From: Octopus bimaculoides
Lineage: Eukaryota
Assembly (NCBI RefSeq): GCF_001194135.2
Contig: NC_068984.1
Span: 71,016,816-71,080,815 of the forward strand
Reading direction: 5' to 3'
DNA length: 64,000 bases
Shown here: positions 50,881-62,290 of the stretch, piece by piece
Layout of the letters: each line of letters begins with the position of its first letter
Position numbering within the stretch: the first letter of the stretch is position 1
Notes under the pieces: generated by a model
Database searches by the model: none
What the model saw: the letters and a program-made list of their open reading frames with translations, nothing else
What the model was told of the DNA's origin: nothing
Translations under genes and position numbers: made by a program

Positions 50881-51131
50881 CATGTGCAAATTGATACTTG
50901 GACACTTGCATGCATAAGCAACTATTCAAATTTCGGACTTACTCTGTAAGTGATGTCTTTTTCCAGTTTTCCTGGTGCAGGTTTCAATTTCTTGCGTATG
51001 ATGCATTGCGATATCGTGCATTTAAGAGAGAAATTATTCTTTATATGACAAATATATTTTCGGTTTTTTAGTTCCTCTGCTTTAACTGAACTTTTCCCAC
51101 TGTTGTATTGCGAAGTTTTTCTTCCATCGCA

Positions 51132-51180
<49 letters not shown>

Positions 51181-51295
51181 NNNNNNNNNNNNNNNNNNNN
51201 NNNNNNNNNNNNNNNNNNNNNNNNNNNNNNNNNNNNNNNNNNNNNNNNNNNNNNNNNNNNNNNNNNNNNNNNNNNNNNNNNNNNNNNNNNNNNNN

Positions 51296-51398
51296 AGTCA
51301 TCTGTCAAGTCACAACAAGGACCTCAGACAGATAATACTTTCCGTAAGATGTGCGCTGTGCCCAATAAGGCTGCTTTTTGTAAGACACCAATCTTGCA
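51296..51398 (-). mobile_element. Ultra-short R4/Dong 3' end (about 100 nt)
   Basis: Minus: KIGVLQKAALLGTAHILRKVLSV* plus 3'UTR ggtccttgttgtgacttgacag; (ATT/GTT)n on one side, a gap and (ATT)n on the other. Confidence 0.85.
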
Positions 51399-51479
51399 TA
51401 TTATTATTATTGTTGTTGTTGTTGTTGTTGTTGTTGTTATTATTATTATATGAAAACTCACAGCTTAGTTTGCTGGGTA

Positions 51480-52520
51480 TGATGGAAAGTGTCAGCTGTC
51501 CACAGCCAGCAGACTAAGGTGACACTTGATTACTGGTCATGCTTCAAGAATCCTGCGAAGAATTCTTGCAGTTCCAAGCAATGCTGATTTCTGCAGGTCT
51601 TCTACCTTCACACTTGCACCGATCTTTCTCAGCCTTGTTTGTAGTTGAGTGCTGATACTTCCAAGTAATATTGGTATCACGTCTACTCTCTTCATTGACC
51701 ACGAATTTCGTATTTCCCACTTCAAATCGTTATAGTTGTCTATTTTTTATTCTTCTTTCACATTGACCCTGTTGTCACCGGAGCATGCTACCTTGATGAC
51801 CATACATGTTCTCTCTTTTCTGTTCACCACTATAATGTTCGGTTTCCGATGTCTGGATGGGCGATTACACTGGGTCATTGCACCCCACAGGATTTTGAAA
51901 TTGCCATTTTCGGTGACTCCATCTGGACTTTGCTCTTTGTATGCCGTTATTTCCACAGACATCCCAATGGATCATTCTTGCGACATTGTCCTGGTGTCTT
52001 TTGGTTTCACGTTGTGCCAATTTTGGGCATTCGCTAACGATGTACCATACCATTTCACTCTTCTCACCGCACATTCTGTATTTGTTACTATCGGTAGTGT
52101 TGTCTATTCTGCACTTCAAATAGTAGGTCCTTAACGCTTGTTCTTGAGATGCGCATATGAGTGCTCTTGTTTCTATCTTCAGGCCACTCCACTTCATCCA
52201 TAGCCACCGGGTTTCTGTCTGTCTTGGCGTTCACATCTCTTGAAACTGACGGTATATTCTCTTTTCTTTCTATGCTTTTCCTTTCGTTTTGTTCATTTCC
52301 TGTTTAAATTTTTCTTTAGTTACACAATCTTCACTTTTGATGTCGCCGGCCTTCTTCGTGTGTTTCAGCAGTTGCTCCACGTAATTTTTTATATATTACC
52401 CTAGGCTGTTTTCCCCTGCTTGGATACAGTCCTGGCAACTAGTCAACCCTCTCCCTCCGTTTCTTATGAACAAGTACAGTCTATTGGTGTTACTCTTAGA
52501 GTGGAATGCTCCATGTACTG
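51480..52520 (-). mobile_element. R4/Dong retrotransposon 3' fragment (CCHC and RLE)
   Basis: WSGLKIETRALICASQEQALRT; RMCGEKSE...IVSECPKLAQ...DNVARMIHW; KILW...RKPNIIVVNRK; LQKSALLGTARILRRILEA*. Confidence 0.92.
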
Positions 52521-52829
52521 TTAACATTTTTCTGGTCTTGCACCATCACCATCGTCGTCACCGTATTTGCTGTTGTTGTTCTTTTTAACTTTGGTTTTGT
52601 AGGAACTTCTGGAGTCTTGCAAAGGTAGCGGGCTTGCTGCCTGCAGCCTACGGTACCATGCTAGCTATTCTTGTGCCACCAGTTTATCTATGATTCCTGT
52701 CACATCATATCTAGTGTGTTAGAATGAGAAACATTTTATAATTTCTATTTGAAAGATGGTTCATACTTTTCATATCAGTTCATACACTTCATCGAGTTAT
52801 TCCCAGACAATTCTTACCTTACCTAGAAG

Positions 52830-55500
52830 ACATGTTTACTGTAATGTTCACATTCCTTGTTTCAGATAAAGTGCTACGATATTTGCACTGAGAATTTTTG
52901 TCACTATAGCCAAGCCCTAATACGACTTAACATAATCAACATTTTGGTTCCTGTATTTGCGCTTTTCATACGTCTTGTTGCTATATTTATCTACTTTTTT
53001 TCTTTAGGCTGGAATAAAATACGAGTGCCACAGCAATTAAAATATACAGTTTCTATCTATCAACAGCTACGATATCCGGGCTGTTGTGTTGTGTAGGGAA
53101 CTCCTATTGTAATCTCACTTTATCGTTTTCGAGGATTTTCATTTATATTCTCATGAAATAGTCATATCTCTTTTCTGTCCATGTAACACTGAATTTCTTG
53201 CCAAATTTTCATCGAAAGTTTGGTACAATTTTATCGTGTCCATAAGTTTTGTACTCATTCTGAGCTAATTGTAAACACTGCAAGCACTGTGTGAGCTAAG
53301 GTTTTTTCTGGGTCATCACACATTCTACATTTCGCTTCAACAGATTTTCTGATCGATTATAGCTTTGATTCAATATACCCTTACATTATGTTCCTGTGCT
53401 TCCCAAATCATTCCCTTTCTCATTTTCTTCAATGCACCTATCTTTAATAAGAAGCAACTGTGTCTGTTTTTCAATATCGCATTTTATGTTATACATTTAG
53501 TTGTTTTCTCATTTGGAAATAATTCTTCAATTAATACATCTCTAGAGAAAGTGCACTCTATTTTTTCTTGAAGAGAGAAACCTAGATATATCTTCTTTAG
53601 TTCTTTATTTTTAGTCTGTAATTAAACTCTTTCCCATTATTTTTTCTTGCAAAACTAGCCAACACGATTGAGTTTACCATTTTGCTTATAATCTGCTTCC
53701 TCATGTTCTGTAAACGTTTTTCATCTTATTCTTCCTGTATACAAAAATTCCCGCTCTTTACCTCATTGGTAAAACTAAACTCAAGAAGGCTGCTTGTATG
53801 ATAATTTCTGCATCCGACTTTGAAATTAAAGCTCCATTCTACGAAAAGATTCTGTTTTGAGGACTTTTTTTATTTTGTATTTCGATATTTTCACTTTCCA
53901 ATCTTCTCATGAATTTATATTTCTCCGATATTGCATAATTTTACATTAACATCCCTTGGTATATTTATTTCTGTAAATTCTATGGAATTGTCCTGCTTAA
54001 TCTCTATTCGAGAACATTTTACAATTCTGAAACACATCCCAATATCGTTACTAAATCGTTTAATAGCATAAAGTAAGGAACCCATTTTGTTCTTGTTTTT
54101 GTTCAAAAGCTTTAAATCATTCAGGAATAGATGATTCCATTTCTTTGTCTTCTCATTAAGTAAAAATAGATTTTCAGCCTCCCTTAGTATACTCCTCAAA
54201 AGAAACCAATTAAATTACATAGAAGATGAAAGATATACTTTACTCTTGAGCTGTTTGCCTTCCGATCAGTATATCTACCAGTCTTTCTCTTCTTGGTGTT
54301 AACTTGGTATTGCCGCATTGCATTTCGTAACAGGTAACCAAACTCGTTTGAGTTTCCAACAGTTCTAGGCACACAATGTAGGCTTAGGTCAAACATTTTC
54401 TATAGAACTTCCATATATTACATTGATTTGTTAATCGTTTCAAGCAATTCCTTAAGGTCAACGTCTTCATTGTTAAATGTATTTTTTGTGTCCATTGATC
54501 CTTTTGTGTCAGCCTTTCTAATCACCAACGATAAGGTGTTCCTCATAAAAGTTTTGTCATACATCTTCAGCAACTATCATTGTTAGATGTTAGCTCATAA
54601 TTGATAGATACGTAGCTGGTCGATAATCTGAGGACGCGCTTCCATTCAAATTGACGTTCGGTATGAGGCAGGTTCTTTTATTAAATGCGGTGGTACTTCC
54701 CTCTTTGTTACGTACTCGAGATATTGTAACAGTATAGTTTCATGAAGGATCGTAAACTTTTCGGCCAGTAAGCATGGACAAGATCTGTTCCGTCTGCTTT
54801 CCATTTTCCTACCTTTTATTTAATTGCTTACAAAAATTTGCTTTCAGGATGATAATATTTATTTGTGACTCAATATTTTTAGCGTATTTATTGTGTTGAA
54901 TTATCCACTTTCCTATATTATTTTATTTGGCATTTTCTACAAATGGTCCCCCGAAATAACTTGCATTCCTCAGTATATAGTCTTATCATTTATCTCATAA
55001 CCTTTAAGAATATCAAACAGGCATTTTTGGGTTGATTGGAAAGCGCAACTTTGCTTATACTGATTTTGTTTTTTGCTTAGTATTTTCTTGTCAGCTTTCA
55101 CATTTGCCCTTTGAATTAGGTTTTTGATTGTTATTCTAATGCCATTTTTTTTCTTGTGTGATACATTTCCTCTAATCTGCCTTTCGCTTATTTTACCCTG
55201 CTTCTACACGTCCAGTTTACTTATATCTGTAATAGTCTGCTAATCTTCACTATCATCTGCCTTTTCCAACTGGTTGCCTCTTCGTCCTTTCTTGACCACT
55301 TTCTATCCATCTAACATTTCTGCGACAACAATGCCATGTATAAATATGGAAGTATTGTTATCTTTTATGTTATCACAGATAATTTTATGAATCAGAACAT
55401 TTTCTATTGATGTTTTAGTCTTAAAATTTGTTTGATAAGCTATCTCCAAATTAACTGAAGTTTGGTCATCCAGTTCGCTTATTAATATTGTTATATAACA
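52830..55500 (-). mobile_element. Old, heavily decayed near-full-length R4/Dong ORF
   Basis: 53915-54199 NHLFLNDLKLL...LLYAIKRFSNDIGMCF..VKC (RT core); 55303-55495 N-terminal GIVVAEMLDG region. Confidence 0.7.
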
Positions 55501-55532
55501 ACAACAACAACAACAATAATTGTTATAATAGC

Positions 55533-55583
<51 letters not shown>

Positions 55584-55682
55584 TGTTGTTGTTGGCGGTG
55601 TTGTTGTCTATCATCATCATCGTAGTCGTCGTAATCGTGGTCGTCGTCGTCATCATCATCATCGTCATCAACATCATCTTCG

Positions 55683-55738
<56 letters not shown>

Positions 55739-55760
55739 GNNNNNNNNNNTCATCATCGTT
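55497..55760. repeat. Compound (AAC)(AAT)(GTT)(CAT/CGT)n microsatellite
   Basis: Directly visible. Confidence 0.95.
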
Positions 55761-55989
55761 ATTATTTTGGTTATTAATGAATAACTTGCCGAGTCACAAC
55801 CAGCTCAATAAAGCAAGTGAAGGTTAAGAGATGTTAAGATAAAATTGAGAGTTTGAGAATGGAAAGTGGGGAGAATAGTACAGGAATGCATTCATATTAT
55901 ACAACACAATATAAAGCATTTAAGTTGATAGCGCTTTTTCTAAAGATATAAGCGGTACATGGCAATGCAATCTCCTGGATTTCTTTGAG

Positions 55990-56650
55990 ATAAGTTTCTT
56001 CTGCAATTTTATCTAGATATTTCTGAAGTCTCTTTTTATCATACTAAAAGCACCTGCAATAATGGGGGCAGTGTTTCCATTTTAAGATACCACATCTGTT
56101 GCATTTCAATTTTCAAGTCCGTAGATTTACTGAGCTTCTAAAATTCCTGGATAGATATATTCTTCTCAATGGGGACACGTATATCTATCACCTTAAAAGT
56201 AGTTTTCTTTCCTTTCTCTAATGGCGATACTGGATCGATTAGCATCCATTGTTCTTTCACTATTGACAGCAAAATCCCAAAGGATCACAACCGGTAAACT
56301 TTTTACCTTCAACCACTGTCACAGAACGTATTGGCAGATGTGTCAATTTGGTAATGCCCACATATTTTCCAATGTAAAATTTGCCTTAGCATATCGTGGC
56401 GATTTGTATGTTAATTTGGCGTTAGTAGAGGGTAGTCCGAAAAAAGATGGTATATTTTTTCATCCAATTTGCTGCAGAACCTGTATTTGGTGTCAGAACT
56501 GCTTTTAAGAATATTAGCCGGGTAATTTCTGGTAAAATACATTAGGACATATATCGCCAAGATAAAGCTGTCAGCTTTTGCTTTCAACCTCGAACTCCTC
56601 AACCATTGATAGGCGGTTAACTTGGTTATCAGGATTGTAGCTTCAAAACA
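55990..56650 (-). mobile_element. R4/Dong retrotransposon 3' fragment
   Basis: YQWLRSSRLKAKADSFILA...TRNYPANILK...KYRFCSKLDEKIYHLFSDYPLL; (CTT)n at 56652-56737 lies at its 5' junction. Confidence 0.85.
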
Positions 56651-56764
56651 TTTCTTCTTCTTCTTCTTCTTCTTCTTCTTCTTCTTCTTCTTCTTCTTCT
56701 TCTTCTTCTTCTTCTTCTTCTTCTTCTTCTTCTTCTTNNNNNNNNNNTTATTATTAATTTTTTC

Positions 56765-57305
56765 ATTATTATTGAGTGAGAGAGCAGTGCATGCCATCAA
56801 AGTGACACTGGGGTAAAATATACGAAGCCGATTATACCCACCATGACTACCCGTCTGATAAGAGTACACCAATCACATGCATCACATCCATATGTGCGCG
56901 ACATGGTGATCTCATACCAAGATAAATAGCGCATGACTTCGCATATGGGGCCCAGTTAGAATTTTCTTCAGGTCGAGTAGCCTATCCCGCTCAAAAAGTC
57001 CCTGAATAAGGTTTGTTTAAGGATGTTGAGCAAAGCACCCATGTTTCCAAAGGTGAATTATTGAAACACCAAAGAATTCCTCTCAACACATGGCTATGAT
57101 GCTCCTCCACTACTTCTGCTCATGATCGGAGATGCACATATCACCAGCCACCAAGCGACATGCTCAACTGGTTAAAGTCAAACAACTGACAAGCAAATCT
57201 GTGGTATTAAGCAGAATATTTGCTATAGCCCATTTTTTATACCAAGACAAAACAATGTGCATAATAACACTTCCAATCGATTAAGCTCAGAAGCCATGAG
57301 AGCCA
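56765..57305 (-). mobile_element. Unclassified ~540-bp repeat, copy 2
   Basis: Colinear with 9475-10015. Confidence 0.85.
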
Positions 57306-57309
57306 CTGC

Positions 57310-57352
<43 letters not shown>

Positions 57353-57499
57353 TATTATTATTATTATTATCATTATTATTATTATTGCGCATACGATTTC
57401 CGATCTAAATTGATTGGAAGTGTTTACAGATATATGTGTTGGTTTAAAAGACGGGCTACAATAAATATTCCGCTGAAAATCACAAAGTTGCTTATCACT

Positions 57500-57890
57500 T
57501 CCTTGGTCTTAACCAGTTGAGCATATTCTTTAGTGTTTGACGATATGTGCAAGTGGTGAGCATCGTAGCCATGTGGTGAGGGGGATTATTTGGGGTTTGA
57601 ATAATTCACTTCTGGAAACATGGGTGCTTCGGTCATCATCTTTAAACAAACCTTATTCAGGGATATTTTGCGCGGGATGGATTACGTGACCTAGAGAAAT
57701 TTATTACTAGTTCCCACCTGCAAGTTCATGCGTTGATTATATTGATATGAGGTAACCAAGTCGTGAACCTATTGGGTAGACATGATGGGTATATTAGGCT
57801 TTTTATATTTGTACCCCAGCGTCATTTTGATGGTGCGTACTGCTCTTTCACTCAATAATAAGATAATGATAATGATAGTGTTTTGAATCG
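57500..57890 (+). mobile_element. Unclassified ~540-bp repeat, copy 3 (partial, inverted relative to copy 2)
   Basis: aaccagttgagcat...ggaaacatgggtgct...tttaaacaaaccttattcaggga...tactgctctttcactcaataata is the reverse complement of segments of 56765-57180. Confidence 0.8.
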
Positions 57891-58502
57891 TGTTATTATT
57901 GGAGGACTTGCCATTAACTATTGCATTCGATACTTTATTCACAGGATCCAGATTTCATTCTTCGGATGTTGAAAAATAGACCATTGGTCAAAAACTGGAA
58001 TCGATTGGATCGATCAGCTCTATGGTTATTTTCTGTCAGAAATAAGTTACTAATATTTTTCTACAACATTTCTCTCACAAAAAAAGACCCTATTTACGTA
58101 ATACGTTGAAATAAACAACATGGCTTCGAGACAGCATTGAAACAGATACAAAATGAATATAGAGTGCTTGCAAAAAAATAAGCCTGTTCTCTCGTAGTCA
58201 ATCTTCATATATTTACAAGGTAATTAAAAGTTATATTGCATACAACCTTCTTCACTGGGGTGAAAAGAAAAGATGAGAAAATAACATGACTGAAGGCAAT
58301 TATTTTCAATATTCAAAGGGACTGGACATTCATCAAATAGTAAGAAAACCGATAAAATTGTTTCATTTTAAAATTATGTTTTCTTCTCAGGGACACACGC
58401 ACATGCATATATGAGAGTATATCACTTTCTTTCTATCTCTTTTCTCTCTCTCCCTATGCATATATATATGTGTGTGTGTATGTGTGGGAGCACATATATA
58501 TA

Positions 58503-58545
<43 letters not shown>

Positions 58546-58673
58546 NNNNNNNNNNNNNNNNNNNNNNNNNNNNNNNNNNNNNNNNNNNNNNNNNNNNNNN
58601 NNNNNNNNNNNNNNNNNNNNNNNNNNNNNNNNNNNNNNNNNNNNNNNNNNNNNNNNNNNNNNNNNNNNNNNNN

Positions 58674-58711
<38 letters not shown>

Positions 58712-59269
58712 GGTGTGTTTATATATATATACACACGCATGAAAAATGAACTGTCCATAGGGTTTTATTACTGTAGACAAACTAAGAGATATCTTAGTAG
58801 TTCTGACCTTTATTTACCTCTTCATCAGTAATCAATCACTCATTTTCAGAGCACAGAAAGTATACTAGCATATATTTATAGAAAGTATAGAAAGCACGAA
58901 CACATTTAGAATTAAATCTCTCGGCTTTCTTAATTTCCACAACAGAAAAAAAATAATAAACGATGACAAAACAAATCAATTAATATATAGAAGAATTATA
59001 CGACAGGGCGCTAGACAGAAATGTAACGGAAACTTATTCTGGGACACGGAGAGACAAACTGAGCTTTATACATGATGTTTATATTTCATATATATTTTCT
59101 GATCTTCACATGACCAAGATAAAATACATTGTAAATCTACTTCCATTTATTTTCATTATTCTCGATCTGTACACACACACGCACACACACACACACATGC
59201 ACACACACACACACACACACGCACGCATACACACGCACACGGACACACACACGCACACACACATATATA

Positions 59270-60469
59270 CAGGGGCTGGACAAAATAATGGAAACACCTT
59301 AAAATTTTAAACAAATCTATTTTAATATAGGGTGGGACCGACTTTGGCAGTACTTACGGCTTGAATTCTACGAGGTATGGACTCGTACAAAGTTTGAATT
59401 GCTTCCAAAGGAAATTTTGTCCATGCTTCAGTTAAAACAGTCACCAGTTCTTGTACTTGTATTGATGATGGTGGAGGATATCGACTCCTTACTTGTTTTT
59501 CTAAAATGCACCATAAATGTTCAATAATATTGGGATCTGGGGACTGTGGTGACCAGATGAGATGTTCAACTTTACTAGAATGTTCCTTGTGCCATTCAGT
59601 AACAACTTTAGCTGTGTGAATTGGTGCATTATTATCCTCAAAGATTGTTTCCCTCCGGAAACACTTCCACAACCATAAGATGAATTTGATCAGATAAAAT
59701 ACTTAAATAGTCTTGACTATTAATTCTGCCATGAAGGGAAACCATTGGGTCGGCGGATTCCCAAGATATAGCCCCCCCCATCCCTCCATAGATCATCACA
59801 GATCCTTCTCCATGTTTAACAGTTAGAAGAAAACAGTCTGGGTCAATGCTTCTTTTGGCTGTCTCCNNNNNNNNNNNNNNNNNNNNNNNNNNNNNNNNNN
59901 NNNNNNNNNNNNNNNNNNNNNNNNNNNNNNNNNNNNNNNNNNNNNNNNNNNNNNNNNNNNNNNNNNNNNNNNNNNNNNNNNNNNNNNNNNNNNNNNAAGG
60001 TCAAGAATGACTCATCGAAGAAAATATCATTCTTCCACTGCTCTAGAGACCAATTCCGTAGGTTTTTACTCCACTCTAAACGCTTTGCGACGTTTGTTTT
60101 TGAAAGCAGTGGTTTTCTGATTGCTGCCCTCCTGTGATATCTGGCTTTGTGCAGCTCCTGGTGAACAGTTTTTGTGGAAACTATGTTCTCGAGGTGGTCA
60201 TTAAGCTCTGCAGTAATTTTGGGAGCTGTACTTTTGTGATCCTTTCTAATAATTCGTGTAAGAGTCCGACAGTCCCTATCTGAAAGTTTTGGTTTTCTTC
60301 CGGAATTTTGCTTCGCTGAGGAGGTTTTTCCCTCTTTCTCAAAGGCTGTCATTCCTTTAGAGACAGTACTTCTTGATACACCAAACATTTCGTCTGTTTT
60401 TGTTACGCTAGCGCCTGCCATTCGAGCACCAACAATTTAACATCTTTGAAAGTCCGTTAGATCTGTCAT
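59270..60469 (-). mobile_element. Tc1/mariner DNA transposon with a pseudogenised transposase (DD36E-like spacing)
   Basis: Start MTDLTDFQRC*IVGARMAGAS at 60469; paired-type HTH, GRKPKLS, DES, VKHG, EDNNAPIH and WSPQSPDPNIIEHLW motifs; one TIR TA|CAGGGGCTGGACAAAATAATGGAAACACC at 59270; the second TIR is not seen; internal gap. Confidence 0.93.
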
Positions 60470-61429
60470 TTGAATGAATTTTAATTACCTTTTTCTGATG
60501 ATATCTGAAAAGAAACAGAAGTTTTAACAAAACGTATGAAGCAAAACTAATAATAAGTAAAAACAAAAAAAAACATAAGAATAAACAAACTTTTATAGAT
60601 ATTTCAAGCTTTTATAGATATTTCAAAATCATGATGCTATGATCAATTCATTAAGGCTGTTTTTAAAGAATTTCTTTAATTAACGAGTAAATTATAATCA
60701 TTATATAAAAAAAAGTTTTCCTCAGATGAATACATGAATTTTACAATCAATGACATTTAGCATAACTTAAGATAATTTAAAATCCACGGTAAACACACAG
60801 ATTCAAAAATTTTGCCACTAGTTCAATCGCAGAAGGACTCTGTTAGAAGATTGCCTCTTTAGATGCTGTGCTAATATGATACATTTTTCCCCCTGAAAGT
60901 GAATTTTACGATAGATACACTAATGTTATCATGAAGACTCTCAAGCAATATAGTTGGATGAGAGGAGTCTTGTTTATGAAGTTTAATGCTACACAAGTCA
61001 TATTTTGACGTTTATAGTTGTTACTACCTAAATAATCACCAGCCTTAGATTTCATCTTCAATACTGGTCTAGCCACCAATTCTGTCGAAGACTTCAGAGT
61101 ATGTATGTATGTGTANNNNNNNNNNATGTATGTATGTATGTATGTATTTACAGCTGAAGAGTCAGTTGATAAATAATGCTGGTTGGAGTAAAGCTGCGTG
61201 TATAGATAAAGGAAAAACGAGGAAGTTTTAGGGCGACGATTTATTCAACCCGTTAGAGAAGCATTGAGATGGCAAAGCTGTAGACGTACATCTTGTGGGA
61301 ACGGTCAGAATATATACACAATGGTTTAACATGCAGATGGTACATAATTATGATGTATGCTGGATAGAACAGGAATAAGAAATACGAGACATACTTCCTG
61401 CTGGTGGACAGAAACAACGTACGCGTCAA

Positions 61430-61680
61430 AGGAGCAGCTGAGGCTACCTGCAGAATAACTGCTCCCTGCCGAAGATCCGAACTCCACCATGCAAAAACCC
61501 ACCTACCTGAAGGAAATAGCTGGAAGACTCCCCTTATGTAGCTGATGGTGACGCGCTTGGGCGGTCTGTCACGCGATGGGGTGGACAACTCAAATAAAGT
61601 TAGAGGAACTCGACGATCATGTGATGAGTCAAAATGGAGTACTTAAAGGTAAAGATCCAAACTGCGAATATGCGGCTACA
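61430..61680 (+). mobile_element. Probable old RTE RT remnant
   Basis: GC-richer block ending LKVKIQTANMR, similar to the RTE LKVN..KTEYM motif. Confidence 0.3.
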
Positions 61681-61691
61681 TTATATATATA

Positions 61692-61772
<81 letters not shown>

Positions 61773-62172
61773 GTGTATATGTGTGTGTATGTGCCTACGT
61801 ATGTATGTGTATGTGTGTTTGTGTATAACTAAATCGCTTCAGATAGCTAGCTTCATATGTTGCAAATAAAGTATATTTGACTAAATGTATTGATTATTCT
61901 TATTTTTGCAGTTTTCTTTTATTTTATCTTTTTCCGTTTATTGTAAACTCTCTTCGAAAATTGTGCATTTTTAATCACAATTTCCATTGCCCTACTTAAT
62001 CTTGGTTTATCTGGATTTCCCATTAGTAATGTCTAAGTACTTAGTTGAATCTGGGGAAATCTTTTAAAATTCCTTACATCAATCATATTTAGCGAAACGT
62101 TAAACGGAGTTAAAGATTTTAACCAGAATAGAGAGTGAGAGAAGGTAAGAGCGCGAACGCGTGAGATAGATA

Positions 62173-62194
62173 GTGTGTGTGTGTGTGTGTGTGT

Positions 62195-62229
<35 letters not shown>

Positions 62230-62290
62230 TAAGAGAGAGAGAGAGAGAGTAAGAGAGAGAGATAGAGAGAGAGTAAGAGAGAGAGAGAGG
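62173..62290. repeat. (GT)n plus (GA)n compound microsatellite
   Basis: Directly visible. Confidence 0.92.

Noticed and set aside
61150-61200. CTGAAGA hammerhead-like core
   Set aside because: No correctly placed GAAA and no convincing stems II/III.
61253-61588. 111-aa minus ORF with splice-like sites
   Set aside because: The plus strand shows RTE-like RT remnants, so it is more likely antisense of an old LINE; there is no independent support.
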